Below are positions 25,694-35,674 of a DNA stretch of 64,000 nt, piece after piece. Numbering within the stretch: the stretch's first letter is position 1; each line of letters opens with the position of its first letter. The stretch is from an uncultured virus (IMG/VR IMGVR_UViG_3300020215_000003) (taxonomy: Duplodnaviria > Heunggongvirae > Uroviricota > Caudoviricetes), in the IMG/VR virus record IMGVR_UViG_3300020215_000003. One strand, 5' to 3'. The notes beneath the pieces are model-generated. The model ran no database searches. It saw nothing but the letters and a program-made list of their open reading frames with translations, and was not told the origin of the DNA. Made by a program: the position numbers and the translations under genes.

Positions 25694-25854
25694 TTGACCT
25701 GAACAGGTGGCCATGTAAGGTGAGGCTAGCGTAAAGCGAGGGCTGCGGTCTTGGGCCGCAGTTCACTAGGGGCTCACGGCGGGTAGCTGCCGCCCGAGTT
25801 GAACCCACATTCAACGCTGCCTGTGGGGGCTGCGGTCCAAGCACCGTTGCCCTC
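25694..25854 (+). promoter_or_regulatory. Late promoter candidate and structured 5' leader of the head operon
   Basis: TTGACC-16 nt-TAAGGT at 25694-25721; long stem 25738-25764/25827-25854 abutting the ATG. Confidence 0.55.
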
Positions 25855-26883
25855 ATGGCCGAACAACTCGAAACTCCTCAACCCGACACAACTCCCGAGA
25901 CCACGCCGGAAACCCCGGTCAGCGAACCGGCGCAACCAGCATCTCCCCCTCCAGCGCCATCGTGGCGCGAGCAACTCCGCTCGCAAGGCATCGAACTTCC
26001 CGACGACGACCAGCAAGCCATCCAGGCGGTGCAGAACTACTACCGCGCCGCGCAGCAGCATCAGCAGGTCGCGCCCTATCTGCCCTACGTGCAGACCTAC
26101 ATGCAGCACGCTCCGCAGTTCCAGCAATGGATGCAGGAGCAGTCGCGGCCCAAGGCGCAACCTCAACAGGACCAGCCCTGGTACTCGTCCTACTGGAACC
26201 CGCCCGAATACAACCCGAGCTGGCAGACGCAGGTGACGACGGACGCCCAGGGCAATTACGTCCCGGCGCCCGGCGCTCCGCCTGACGTGGCGGTGAAGTT
26301 CCAGCAGTACCAGCAATTCCGCCGCGATCAGGTCGAGAAGCTCCTGTCCAACCCGTACACGTTCTTCGAGCCGGCCATCCGTCAGCTCGCCCAGGAAGAG
26401 GCGCAGCGCATCACCCAGGAGCATCTTGGCAATCACCAGAGCGTCATCGCGGCCAACCAGTTCGTCGAGCAGAACGCGCCCTGGCTGTACGAGCAGAACC
26501 CGGACGGCGGCCTCAAGCGCGGCCCGAACGGCCAGCCCCAACTCAGCCAGTGGGGCCAACGCTTCCAGCAGTACGTCATGCAAGAAGATCAGCGGCAAAG
26601 GGCCCGCGGCTACTCGGACATCGCCGAGCAGCGCGACTACGCCATGGACCGGGTGATGCGCGACTACGCGATGTACGAATTGTCGCGCCAGCAACAGACG
26701 GGTCAACCCGCGCAGCCGGCCCAAACGCCTCTGCAAGCAGCGAATCAGCAATTCATCCAGAAGAACGCCGGCCGCGCCCCTGTGCGGCAGGGCGGCAACG
26801 CCAATCCTCCGAAACCCCCAGTGACACGAGCGAACCTGTACCAGGCAATGACCGAGCGCGCGGCAGCGGCCGGCGCTCTTTAG
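25855..26883 (+). CDS. Putative capsid scaffolding protein
   Basis: P/E/T-rich N-terminus and Q-rich helical body; directly upstream of the major capsid gene. Confidence 0.7.
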   Translation: MAEQLETPQPDTTPETTPETPVSEPAQPASPPPAPSWREQLRSQGIELPDDDQQAIQAVQNYYRAAQQHQQVAPYLPYVQTYMQHAPQFQQWMQEQSRPKAQPQQDQPWYSSYWNPPEYNPSWQTQVTTDAQGNYVPAPGAPPDVAVKFQQYQQFRRDQVEKLLSNPYTFFEPAIRQLAQEEAQRITQEHLGNHQSVIAANQFVEQNAPWLYEQNPDGGLKRGPNGQPQLSQWGQRFQQYVMQEDQRQRARGYSDIAEQRDYAMDRVMRDYAMYELSRQQQTGQPAQPAQTPLQAANQQFIQKNAGRAPVRQGGNANPPKPPVTRANLYQAMTERAAAAGAL

Positions 26884-26894
26884 GGGGTTAATAA

Positions 26895-27992
26895 ATGGCG
26901 ACCGAAATCCAACGCATCATCAACACCACGACCAATGAGTTCATCAAAGGCGAGGTGAACCAGCTTTTCCGCACGCGCCGCTTGTGGGCGATGATTAACT
27001 CGCGTGGCCTCATCAGCTACGGCCACGGCGGCGACAAGCTCGACTGGAAGGTGCGCTTCAAGCAAGGCTCCCTCCAGGGCTTCCAGTACGGCGACACCCT
27101 GACCTTCAGCCCCGTGGACCGTTGGGTCACGGCCCAACTCGAATACCGCGGCTACGCGATGGTCGATCAGCTCCACAAGATCGAAAAGCTCAAGAATCGC
27201 ACGAGCGCCGGCATCGTCAAGTATTACTCGGACCTGTCCAAGATCATGATGGACGAGTTCAAGGAAAAGCTCCCCGAGGAGCTGTACATCGACGGCAACG
27301 CCACCGGCAACACCAAGCGTTTCCACGGCATCGAGAGCTTCTTCGGGGTCTCGGGCGCCTCCGCTTCGGCGCCGATCGGCACCACGTCGGACACCTACGC
27401 CGGTCTTTCGACGGCCCTGGGCAACAAGGGCGGCTCGTGGTCGGGCACCTGGCCCGGTGGCAAGGGTGACGCGCATTACGACTACTTCGCGCCCTTGGTG
27501 GTGGACTACACCTCCGCGGTGGCGGCGGCTTCGGGTGGGTGGTCGGCCTCGACCAAGACCTGGCCGAACACCTGCGAGGAGGCTTTGGCCTTCGGGTTCA
27601 TCAAGGCCAAGAAGCTGTCGAAGAACCACACGCTGGATGTGTGCATCCTCAACGAGGAGCTGTTCCGGCAGTTCGCCAACAAGCAGCGCGACAAGGAGCA
27701 GATCACGATTTCGCGCGGCGACGGCTCCTCGGGCCTGGTGAAGCTGGGCTTCTCGGACGTGTTCAACTTCGACGGCGTGGACGTGACCTGGGAGTACGGC
27801 GTGCCCGCGGATGCGGGTTACGGTCTGCCCCTGGATCAGCTTGAGGTCTGCTCGATGCAGGACGAGCTGATTGTGGCGGACGGCCCGGACTACGACATCG
27901 CCACCAAGACCGACCGCTTCTCGCTGGATATGTTCGGCAACTTCAAGGTCGAGACGGTCAAGGGGTTCGTGAAGTTTGACAGCGTGACGTAA
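26895..27992 (+). CDS. Major capsid protein
   Basis: 365 aa; GG.K..W.V, YGDTL, E.LKN and LY.DG......F.G pattern of phage capsid proteins; strong codon bias; position. Confidence 0.85.
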   Translation: MATEIQRIINTTTNEFIKGEVNQLFRTRRLWAMINSRGLISYGHGGDKLDWKVRFKQGSLQGFQYGDTLTFSPVDRWVTAQLEYRGYAMVDQLHKIEKLKNRTSAGIVKYYSDLSKIMMDEFKEKLPEELYIDGNATGNTKRFHGIESFFGVSGASASAPIGTTSDTYAGLSTALGNKGGSWSGTWPGGKGDAHYDYFAPLVVDYTSAVAAASGGWSASTKTWPNTCEEALAFGFIKAKKLSKNHTLDVCILNEELFRQFANKQRDKEQITISRGDGSSGLVKLGFSDVFNFDGVDVTWEYGVPADAGYGLPLDQLEVCSMQDELIVADGPDYDIATKTDRFSLDMFGNFKVETVKGFVKFDSVT

Positions 27993-28033
27993 GCCTTTAC
28001 CTTCCAAACATTTGGCCTCCTTGGAGTTCATAC

Positions 28034-28654
28034 ATGCACGGCAGTCCTCCTTTTCCGCGTGGGACCACGCTGGTCAACGGTGGTTACACGATCAGTTCCT
28101 CGGACCTTCCGGGCTTGGCCATCGAAGGCAAGCACTGGACCTTCGAGGACATCGACTACAACTCGACCGAGACGGTCAAGCCCCACCGTTCTTCGCACTA
28201 CGTCCGGTGCGTGGCGGTGCGGAACATGGCATCTTTCGCCCTTCGTCCGAAGTCGGTCGTCACCTTCCAGGCCACCGCGGGCGTCAACCGCGCCCGGGTG
28301 GACGGCATGTGCGACGTGACGGCCGAGAAGTGCGCGGGTGTGGTGGACGAGTTCCTTTCGTCCACGGGCATCGTGCAGTACGACATCGGCTGGGTGGTGG
28401 TGGACGGGCCGTCCTTGGTGACGACTCCCCTTGAAGGCGATGCCAACAACCTGATTCCGGTCGGCACAATCCTCGTGGCCCTGACTGCGGTGACGTCCGG
28501 CGCCACCACGTCGGGCCGCGTGCGTCCGCAGGACCTGACTGGCGCGACGGCGGTCCTGGCGGGCCAGGCACTGAATCGCGTCGGCGAGGCGATGAGCGCC
28601 GTGACCACGGGCAATACCAACGCTGAGCTGCTCGCGTTCATTAAGGTCTGGTAA
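28034..28654 (+). CDS. Putative capsid decoration/cement protein
   Basis: Follows the capsid gene; GVVDEFL...GWVVVDGP. Confidence 0.6.
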   Translation: MHGSPPFPRGTTLVNGGYTISSSDLPGLAIEGKHWTFEDIDYNSTETVKPHRSSHYVRCVAVRNMASFALRPKSVVTFQATAGVNRARVDGMCDVTAEKCAGVVDEFLSSTGIVQYDIGWVVVDGPSLVTTPLEGDANNLIPVGTILVALTAVTSGATTSGRVRPQDLTGATAVLAGQALNRVGEAMSAVTTGNTNAELLAFIKVW

Positions 28655-28733
28655 CGAATCACTCCTTTAGGCGGGGGTGAGCCGCGAGGCGTGATTCAAG
28701 GCGCGTCTCGCGGACCTTTTCTCCGGTGACACA

Positions 28734-29441
28734 ATGCTTGCGACCGCCCCGGCGCTTCAGTTTCAGTTTCGCCCTGGCACGCAGGACCGGGACGTTTTCC
28801 AGGAAGTCGTTCAGGGCAACTGCTATCACCTGCCGCACTTCTTCGCTCCCGACGACATCATCATCGACGGCGGGGCCCACATTGGCTCCTTCGCGGTGGC
28901 CTGTGCAGGGCGTGGCGCGCGGCGGATCCACTGCTACGAGCCTGACAGGGACAACTTCCGCTACCTCACGGGGAACACCAATTCGCTCATCGGCGTCCGC
29001 CGCAGGCAATGCGCCTTGTGGCGCAGCGACTGCGAAGAGGAAGTGTGTTTCTCGGGCTACCCCGAAGGCTCAACCTGCTGCGGGACGGTGCTGCCCAACG
29101 TCACGGTAGGGGGGCAGAACAAGCGCGAGCCGGTGGCCACGGTGTCTCTGGACGAAGCGATCCGGGAAGCCACGGACGACGGCAAGGAGCGCGTGCGGCT
29201 TTTGAAGCTCGACATCGAAGGGTCGGAGTTCATCGTCCTGGGCACGAGCAAGAGATTGGACTTGGTGGACGAGATCATCGGGGAGGTTCACGAGGGCCTT
29301 CCGGGATCTTCAAGCAAGATGAAGCGCTTCGATGCGGAGTGCCTCAGTGAATACCTGGCGGACCAGGGCTTCAGTGTGAGCGTGTTCAAAGAGGCGTACT
29401 GGAACGCTCCGAAACTCAAGCTGATTAGTGCGAGGCGCTGA
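28734..29441 (+). CDS. FkbM-family SAM-dependent methyltransferase
   Basis: IIDGGAHIGSF, CYEP...NF, LLKLDIEGSE and GEVH. Confidence 0.92.
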   Translation: MLATAPALQFQFRPGTQDRDVFQEVVQGNCYHLPHFFAPDDIIIDGGAHIGSFAVACAGRGARRIHCYEPDRDNFRYLTGNTNSLIGVRRRQCALWRSDCEEEVCFSGYPEGSTCCGTVLPNVTVGGQNKREPVATVSLDEAIREATDDGKERVRLLKLDIEGSEFIVLGTSKRLDLVDEIIGEVHEGLPGSSSKMKRFDAECLSEYLADQGFSVSVFKEAYWNAPKLKLISARR

Positions 29442-29905
29442 TGCTCTACAAGGACGCCAACGTAATCGACGTGACGCTGAGCCTGGACACGAGCGCGTAC
29501 GGCGCTGGCGATGTGCTGGCGGACACGCAGATCATTGCCACGCAGACGGTGCGTGGTCCGGGGGCGTCGGCCAAGCTGGTGTCCATGACAGTCATTGACA
29601 AGGACGATCAAGCCGCCGCGGTGATGGACTTCTACTTCCTGGACCAGAACGTGTCGCTGGGCACGGAGAACGACGTGCCGAGCATCTCGGATGCGAATGC
29701 ACTGTCGATTCTTGGTCATGTGACAGTGGCGGCGGCGGACTGGAAGGACCTGGGCGGTTGCAAAGTGGCGACGATCGAGAACATCAACCTGATGCTCAAG
29801 GCGCGTTCGACATCCGAAGCCCTGTACATCGCCGCAACGACGGCGGGTACGCCGACGCAAACGGCCTCGGGCATCGTGGTCAGACTCGGCCTGGAGCAGC
29901 AGTAA
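29441..29905 (+). CDS. Putative virion protein, paralog of 49867-50316
   Basis: Shared SLDTSAYG.GDVLADTQ, NVSLGTEN..P.ISDAN, KDLGG and GTPT.TASG. Confidence 0.7.
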   Translation: MLYKDANVIDVTLSLDTSAYGAGDVLADTQIIATQTVRGPGASAKLVSMTVIDKDDQAAAVMDFYFLDQNVSLGTENDVPSISDANALSILGHVTVAAADWKDLGGCKVATIENINLMLKARSTSEALYIAATTAGTPTQTASGIVVRLGLEQQ

Positions 29906-29920
29906 CGGGGGGAATAGATC

Positions 29921-30505
29921 ATGGCGTTTTCCGACCAACTCAACAACAAGCTCCGTCTGGCCCTGGGCACGGGCGCTGCGCAGGAGCTTGAGGACGAAGT
30001 GGAGCAGCTCCAGGACCTGGACACAGCGGACCTGGCGAAGATCGACGGCATCACGAACGGCACGGTGGCCGCCTCCAAGGCGGTTGTCGTGGACACCAAC
30101 AAGGATGTGACCGGCTTTCGCAACGTCGATGCGACCGGCACGATCAAGTCGAGCGGCGCGACCTCGGGCATCGGCTACGCCACAGGCGCTGGCGGCACGG
30201 TGACGCAGGCCACGAACAAGTCAACCGGCGTGACGCTGAACAAGGTCTGCGGCCAGATCACGATGAACAACGCCGCTCTGGCGGCGGGCGCGGAAGTGGC
30301 GTTCACCCTGACCAACTCGGCGATTGCCGCGACGGATGTGGTGGCGGTCAGCATCGCCTCGGGCGGCGCTTCGGCGTCCTACGGCGTGGCGGTGACGGCG
30401 ACCGCGGCCGGATCGTGCGAGATCACGTTGGCGAACTGGTCGGCTGGCTCTCTGAGCGAGGCGGTGGTTCTCAACTTCGTGGTCATCAAGGGAGTGTCGG
30501 CTTAG
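29921..30505 (+). CDS. Putative head fiber/virion structural protein
   Basis: A/T/G-rich; GIGYATGAGGTVTQAT.K.TGVTLNK..GQITM. Confidence 0.65.
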   Translation: MAFSDQLNNKLRLALGTGAAQELEDEVEQLQDLDTADLAKIDGITNGTVAASKAVVVDTNKDVTGFRNVDATGTIKSSGATSGIGYATGAGGTVTQATNKSTGVTLNKVCGQITMNNAALAAGAEVAFTLTNSAIAATDVVAVSIASGGASASYGVAVTATAAGSCEITLANWSAGSLSEAVVLNFVVIKGVSA

Positions 30506-30521
30506 TTTTCGGAGGCCCCCA

Positions 30522-31076
30522 GTGACAGTGAGGAGCGCGACAAAACGATGCGGGCGCTGCCAACAGGAAAAGCCTGTTGATGCGTTCGGCGTCGTGCGCT
30601 CAAATCCGGACGGACGACGCGGCGTGTGCAAGGAGTGCTTCAACGGCAAAAGACGCGAGTGGATTGCACGGAATCACGAACGGGTGAAGGAGAACAAGCG
30701 GCGCGAGTATGAACTGAACCGCGACAAGTACAAGCAGTATTTCAATTCCGACAAAAGACGACTGCGCGTTTTTGAATGGAAACTACAGCGGTTCTTCGGG
30801 ATCACCATAGACGATTTTGAAGCAATGATGGACGCGCAGGCAGGGCGATGCGCGATTTGCAGGCGACTACCTGACGACATCAGCAATCATCGAAATAAGG
30901 TTCGTCTGCACGTTGATCACGATCACAAAGCCAAGAAGGGCCGCGGCCTCCTGTGCAACACATGCAACATGGGCCTAGGCGCATTTCGTGATTCCATCGA
31001 TGACCTCAAGAGCGCCATTCGCTATCTCGAAGAATCCAAACAGATCCTGTTTCTCCCGAAAGGTAACACAGCGTGA
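30522..31076 (+). CDS. Endonuclease VII-like (homing-type) nuclease
   Basis: GITIDDF..M...Q.G.CAIC...LHVDHDH...RGLLC..CN.GLG...D. Confidence 0.9.
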   Translation: MTVRSATKRCGRCQQEKPVDAFGVVRSNPDGRRGVCKECFNGKRREWIARNHERVKENKRREYELNRDKYKQYFNSDKRRLRVFEWKLQRFFGITIDDFEAMMDAQAGRCAICRRLPDDISNHRNKVRLHVDHDHKAKKGRGLLCNTCNMGLGAFRDSIDDLKSAIRYLEESKQILFLPKGNTA

Positions 31077-31936
31077 CCCCCCAGCGACTGAACGTGTATT
31101 TCGCTTTCTTCAGTTTCGGCGGAAATGGCGGCGTCTCTATGAGTCACCCGTCGATCCGCTCATGGTTCGCCACGACTTTGCTCACAGCAAAAAAGGATGA
31201 GCGGATCGACAAGGCGATGGAGGCGGACTACTCGGATACGCCACTGACCATGACCCGCAATCGTTCCGTCCGCGATGCAATCACGCGCGGCGCGGACGTC
31301 TTGGTGATGGTGGATTCGGACCAACATCCCGACCTGTACGTCCCGCATGGCGCGAAGCCGTTCTGGGACTCATCCTTCGACTTCCTCTACCAGCATCACC
31401 ACAAGGGCCCGGTGGTCATCGGCGCGCCCTATGGCGGGCCGCCTCCGGCAGAGAACGTCTACGTGTTCAAGTTTGGGGACATGGAAACGGGGACGCCGAA
31501 CTACGACTACTCGATCAAGCAGTTCAGTCGTGAGGAAGCGGCGCAGCGCTCTGGGATCGAGCCGGTGGCGGCGCTGCCCACGGGCCTCATCATGTTCGAC
31601 CTGCGTGTCTTTGACTACCTGAAGCCGCCCTACTTCTACTACGAGTACACCGACGAATACGAGCAGGAGAAGGCGTCAACGGAAGATGTGACCTGCACGC
31701 GCGACATCGGCATGGTCATCCAAGAGCGCCTGGGCTACGCGGCGGTGCATTGCAACTGGGACGCCTGGGCTGGGCACTACAAGCCCAAGTGCGTCGGCAA
31801 GCCCGCGCCCCTGTCCATCAGCCAAGTCAACCAGAAATACCGCGAAGCCGTCCTCCGCAATCAACCGCACAACGAGCGCATGGTCTACATCCGTCAACCC
31901 AAGTCCAACGGCGTGGAGATCAGGAATGGAGCTTGA
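31073..31936 (+). CDS. Glycosyltransferase, GT-A/GT2-like
   Basis: RNRSVRDA...DVLVMVDSD (DxD), PTGLIMFD..VF, TEDV and GH.K. Confidence 0.8.
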   Translation: MTPQRLNVYFAFFSFGGNGGVSMSHPSIRSWFATTLLTAKKDERIDKAMEADYSDTPLTMTRNRSVRDAITRGADVLVMVDSDQHPDLYVPHGAKPFWDSSFDFLYQHHHKGPVVIGAPYGGPPPAENVYVFKFGDMETGTPNYDYSIKQFSREEAAQRSGIEPVAALPTGLIMFDLRVFDYLKPPYFYYEYTDEYEQEKASTEDVTCTRDIGMVIQERLGYAAVHCNWDAWAGHYKPKCVGKPAPLSISQVNQKYREAVLRNQPHNERMVYIRQPKSNGVEIRNGA

Positions 31937-32162
31937 GCTGGCGACGATGAAGGACGTCATCGCCGAATTGAGCCGGCGGCAGATCGCCGTGTTCATCATC
32001 ACCGAGCAGCAGGACCCCAAGCGCGAAGGTTGCTTGCAGCGGCATGTGGACTGGAACTGCGGCCTGACGATGGCCCTGGGGATGCACAAGCTCGCGGAAG
32101 AGTACCTCCTGGAGGAGGTGGCGAAGGCAGAGACAGTGACGGAGGAGGAGGGTGATGGATGA
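31926..32162 (+). CDS. Hypothetical protein
   Basis: Overlapping operon ORF. Confidence 0.55.
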   Translation: MELELATMKDVIAELSRRQIAVFIITEQQDPKREGCLQRHVDWNCGLTMALGMHKLAEEYLLEEVAKAETVTEEEGDG

Positions 32163-32547
32163 CAAGGCATGGGCGGCGATCTTCGCCGGGGCCGCGTCGG
32201 TGCTGACGGTGATATTCGTCAAGGGCGGGCCGTACATCAAGACGCTCCTGACGATCAAGAGCAAGAAGGACAGCATTGCCCACGAGCTTGCCAGCAAGGG
32301 CCAAGAAGCGGTGATAGCGCTTCTGTCCGATCAGGTAGAGAGCTTGAGAGCGGAGGTCGCCGAGGTGCGGCAGGAGGCCAAGGACGCCGAGAAGGAATGT
32401 CACGAAAGATTCGAGAGGCTGGAGCGGGAGTCTCGCGAGGAGCGTCACGCGATGCGCAACGCCGAGCACAAGTGCATGCTGGAGCAGGCGCGGCTTCAGG
32501 CGGAACTCGACATCCTGAAGCGGCAGATCAAGGGCCAGGAGCAATGA
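32152..32547 (+). CDS. N-terminal TM plus coiled-coil protein (holin/spanin-like position)
   Basis: AWAAIFAGAASVLTVIFV followed by heptad repeats. Confidence 0.6.
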   Translation: MMDDKAWAAIFAGAASVLTVIFVKGGPYIKTLLTIKSKKDSIAHELASKGQEAVIALLSDQVESLRAEVAEVRQEAKDAEKECHERFERLERESREERHAMRNAEHKCMLEQARLQAELDILKRQIKGQEQ

Positions 32548-32732
32548 CCTACACCGTCCACTTCGCTGAGGGTCGGGGTTATGCCCTGAGCCGTGAAGAG
32601 GGCGGGGTGATGGAGTATTTCGCAGTGGGCCGGTGGGTGGTCGGGGTCAGGTACGTGCAGAACCTGGGGACCTTGCTCAACGGAGCGGGGCTGTCGCCGG
32701 GGATGGAGCTGAGGTTCGTGTGGCACAAGTAA
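32544..32732 (+). CDS. Small hypothetical protein
   Basis: ATGA-coupled with AGGAG upstream. Confidence 0.5.
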   Translation: MTYTVHFAEGRGYALSREEGGVMEYFAVGRWVVGVRYVQNLGTLLNGAGLSPGMELRFVWHK

Positions 32733-32813
32733 TCGAGTGGCTCGTGGCCGCCGTGGACTGGTTCGGGGACGTGGCAGAGACGTTCCTGGATGCGGTGCTT
32801 TGGGAGGAATGAA

Positions 32814-33479
32814 GTGAAGCCGTCACCGTGGGCACCGATCATTGGAATGGTTTTTGGCGTTGCCTTCACTTGGGGCATCCTCTGGCTCGGTGTGGATTAC
32901 GCCAGCCTTCGCGGAAAGGCGTCGGCGCAAGATGGAATCATCGAAGAGTTGCAAAAGGAGCGTGGCGATCTGTGGGAGCAGCGCGATGAAGCGCATCGGC
33001 AGCTCAGAGCCTTCAAAGAGAAGGCCGAGGTCTGGCGCGTGAAGGCGGAAGCCGGTGACGAGTTCATCGAACGCACAAACAAGCAAGCCGCCAAGCCGAT
33101 CCCGCCGGCTCGCGGGATTGAGTCCGACCCAAATGGCGGCGGACGATGTGAGCCGCCTCCCGAAAGGCCAATGGCCCAAGTCCCCACGCTGCCGCCCCAG
33201 ATATTCCCCCAGACCGGGAAGTTTTCCATTGGCGACAAGGTGGCATTCTACCACGAGAACCCGAACCCGGCAGACAGGTTCGTTTCGGTTGGCAGCGGCA
33301 TCATCGTGGGCAGGGAACGCGAGGCGTTCACGATCCGCTGGAAAAGCGCCATCGATGGCAAACTGCAATACGCCCCGTTCCTCGCTCGGGAACTGAGGCT
33401 GATTGAAGCCGCGCCGGTGGCGACGCTCCCCGTGATCTACAACGGCGACTGCGTGTGCAAGGACTGCTGCTGCAAATGA
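32814..33479 (+). CDS. Membrane-anchored coiled-coil protein with an SH3/KOW-like C-terminal domain
   Basis: TM IIGMVFGVAFTWGILWL, coiled coil, FSIGDKV. Confidence 0.6.
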   Translation: MKPSPWAPIIGMVFGVAFTWGILWLGVDYASLRGKASAQDGIIEELQKERGDLWEQRDEAHRQLRAFKEKAEVWRVKAEAGDEFIERTNKQAAKPIPPARGIESDPNGGGRCEPPPERPMAQVPTLPPQIFPQTGKFSIGDKVAFYHENPNPADRFVSVGSGIIVGREREAFTIRWKSAIDGKLQYAPFLARELRLIEAAPVATLPVIYNGDCVCKDCCCK

Positions 33480-33559
33480 TCTTGGGGCGAGCGGGCCGCC
33501 CCCGTGGCTGAGCCAGGAAGGGATAGACCCGGCCCGCCACTTTGAGCACGGAGGTTCGG

Positions 33560-33754
33560 ATGGAACTGTTTTGGCTTGTGTGGTTGGCGGGAGGCGCGCT
33601 TGCTGGCGCGACCATCATACTCCTCTTCGTCGGGGGGTTCATGGAGGAGAAGGACAAGGAAACTCATGATCTGCGCCAGCGCCTGCAAGCTGCTGAACAG
33701 GAAAAATACGAAGCGCTGCGACGAATCGAGGAAGCCAAGAAGGCTCTTGAGTGA
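33560..33754 (+). CDS. Small TM plus coiled-coil protein
   Basis: GGAGG RBS; LFWLVWLAGGALAGATIILLFV. Confidence 0.6.
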   Translation: MELFWLVWLAGGALAGATIILLFVGGFMEEKDKETHDLRQRLQAAEQEKYEALRRIEEAKKALE

Positions 33755-33757
33755 ACC

Positions 33758-34093
33758 ATGCTGCGACGATTGCTCGACTGGTGGCGCGGCAAGCCCAACT
33801 TGGGCAAGCGCTCGCCGAAATGGCGGAAGGTCAGGGCTGAGCACCTGAAAAGCTACCCATGCTGCGCGGCCTGCGGTGGAACCAAGAAGCTCGAAGTTCA
33901 TCACATACTTCCGTTCCACCTGTTCCCCGCGCAAGAGCTGTGCCGGGACAACCTGATGACGCTGTGCGAGGCCAGAGGCTGCCACCTCATCTTCGGCCAC
34001 GTTTGGAGTTGGAAGGGATGGAACCCGACTGCGGTAGAGGACGCTCTGAAGTTTCGTGAGAAAAGGCGAACGCTGGACTTCATCCTGAAGTGA
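33758..34093 (+). CDS. HNH endonuclease
   Basis: W..VR..HL...CAACG...EVHHI.P...NL.TLC...CH...GH. Confidence 0.88.
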   Translation: MLRRLLDWWRGKPNLGKRSPKWRKVRAEHLKSYPCCAACGGTKKLEVHHILPFHLFPAQELCRDNLMTLCEARGCHLIFGHVWSWKGWNPTAVEDALKFREKRRTLDFILK

Positions 34094-34100
34094 CGCTGCC

Positions 34101-35351
34101 ATGTCACGCTGCCTACTACTCCTGCTGCTGATCGCCTCGCCGGCGCTGGGCCAGTACACGCGCCCGGCGGACGGCTGACTGCTTCCGCCTAGCGCGGAGT
34201 TGCCGCGCCCCGGAAACGGACGTCCCGAATACGCGGACTACATCCCGGCCGATCTGGTTGCCGCGTCGGTCAAGATCCGCATGCAAGGCGGCTACGGCGG
34301 CTCTGGGACGGTGATCCACGTCGATCCGCAGCAAGGCGCTGCGATGGTGCTGACGAACAAGCACGTTGTCGAGAAGGGTAACGGCATCGCCATCGTCACC
34401 TTCCCCTCGGGTCACGAGTTCGAGGGAGAGGTGATCGGCTACGACAAGACGGGCGCGGATCTCGCGGCCATCGCCATTCCCGCTGACGCCTCGACGCCAT
34501 TCGTCCCGGTCGCCAAGAGCTACCCACTCAAGGGCACTGGCATCTGCCAAGTGGGCTACGGCGGCGGGCAGATGCAGCGCCGCAGTGGGTTCATTGCTGG
34601 CTACCGCGAAAGGTCGCCGCACTACAACCTGATGCTGAGCTTCCAGGTCATCAGCGGGGACAGCGGCTCGGGAGTGTTCATCCTTAAGACGAAGGAGCTG
34701 TGCGGCGTGGTCTGGGGCGGGCCGGACTACGACAACAGCGGCTATTTCGAGCCGCAAGCTGTCACCCTCGTAAACATCCACCGCTTCGTAGACGCTTGCC
34801 TGCCGAGGCTCTGCCCGCCGCGCCGAGGCTCGCCACGTCCGCCGTCAGGTGCTCGCCCGCCATCAGGCGTCCGCCCTCCGTCCGGCAACGGCCCGCCGAT
34901 CATCGAGGTGCCTCCTGGGAGTCCTGGACAGCCAACGCAACCCGTTCAGCCGCCGGCCGTGACGCCTCCTGAACGCACGGGGCCGGTGATCGACCGGATC
35001 CGTGACGAGATCAAGAAGGAGTTGGAGGCCGAGAAGAAGGCGCTCATTGCGGTGCTGATCCAGATTCAGACCGACATTGCTGAACTGAAGTCGCGGAAGG
35101 TGGACAAGGGAGAAAAAGGTGACCGTGGACCGGCTGGACCACAAGGACCGGCAGGCCCTCCGGGACGAGACGGCAAAGACGGAGACACAACGGCACTGCA
35201 AGCCGAAGTAGCGGCGCTACGAAACGAGCTAAACGCCCTGCGTGCTCAGCGGCAGATATGCGAGCTGCTCGACGCCAAGGGCACAGTGATCCAGCGTTCG
35301 GAGTTCGGCCCGGGGGAACCCTTGCGCATCCAACTAATCCCGGTGAAGTGA
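34101..35351 (+). CDS. Secreted trypsin-like serine protease with Pro-rich, coiled-coil and collagen-like tail; in-frame TGA at 34176
   Basis: Signal peptide MSRCLLLLLLIASPALG in frame with triad motifs LTNKHV, DLAAI and GDSGSG; Gly-X-Y run GEKGDRGPAGPQGPAGPPGRDGKDG. Confidence 0.85.
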
Positions 35352-35358
35352 TCGTTCC

Positions 35359-35664
35359 ATGGCAGAACCGATCCAGATCCCAGTACCGGGCGAGAGCCCA
35401 AAGGAGAACGAAATGGCTGTTGATGCAACCATCGAGAAAGTCTTGGACCAAGCGTTCGCCAAGACCCACGAAGTCTGGCTCGGCCAGATGGAGCGTGAGA
35501 ACGCCGGCACCGGCCTTCTGTCCGAAATCACGCGCGGCACGTTCGGCGCCGCGGCTTCGATGCAGGTCCAGCTCGCGAGCGGCATCCTGGCGCAGCGGTC
35601 GGCTCAGGCCCAGCCGCAGTCTCCGGGCGGCGCCGGCGTCTCCGGCGTCCCCGGCCAGAAGTAA
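35359..35664 (+). CDS. Hypothetical protein
   Basis: Operon ORF with typical codon usage. Confidence 0.6.
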   Translation: MAEPIQIPVPGESPKENEMAVDATIEKVLDQAFAKTHEVWLGQMERENAGTGLLSEITRGTFGAAASMQVQLASGILAQRSAQAQPQSPGGAGVSGVPGQK

Positions 35665-35674
35665 AGGCTGAGCG

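Noticed and set aside
26880..28031. 383-aa minus-strand ORF, and similar ones opposite other structural genes
   Set aside because: Mirror frame of the strongly codon-biased capsid gene.
30522..31076. Self-splicing intron around the endonuclease VII-like gene
   Set aside because: The flanking genes are complete and the spacers are too short for a group I core; it is free-standing.
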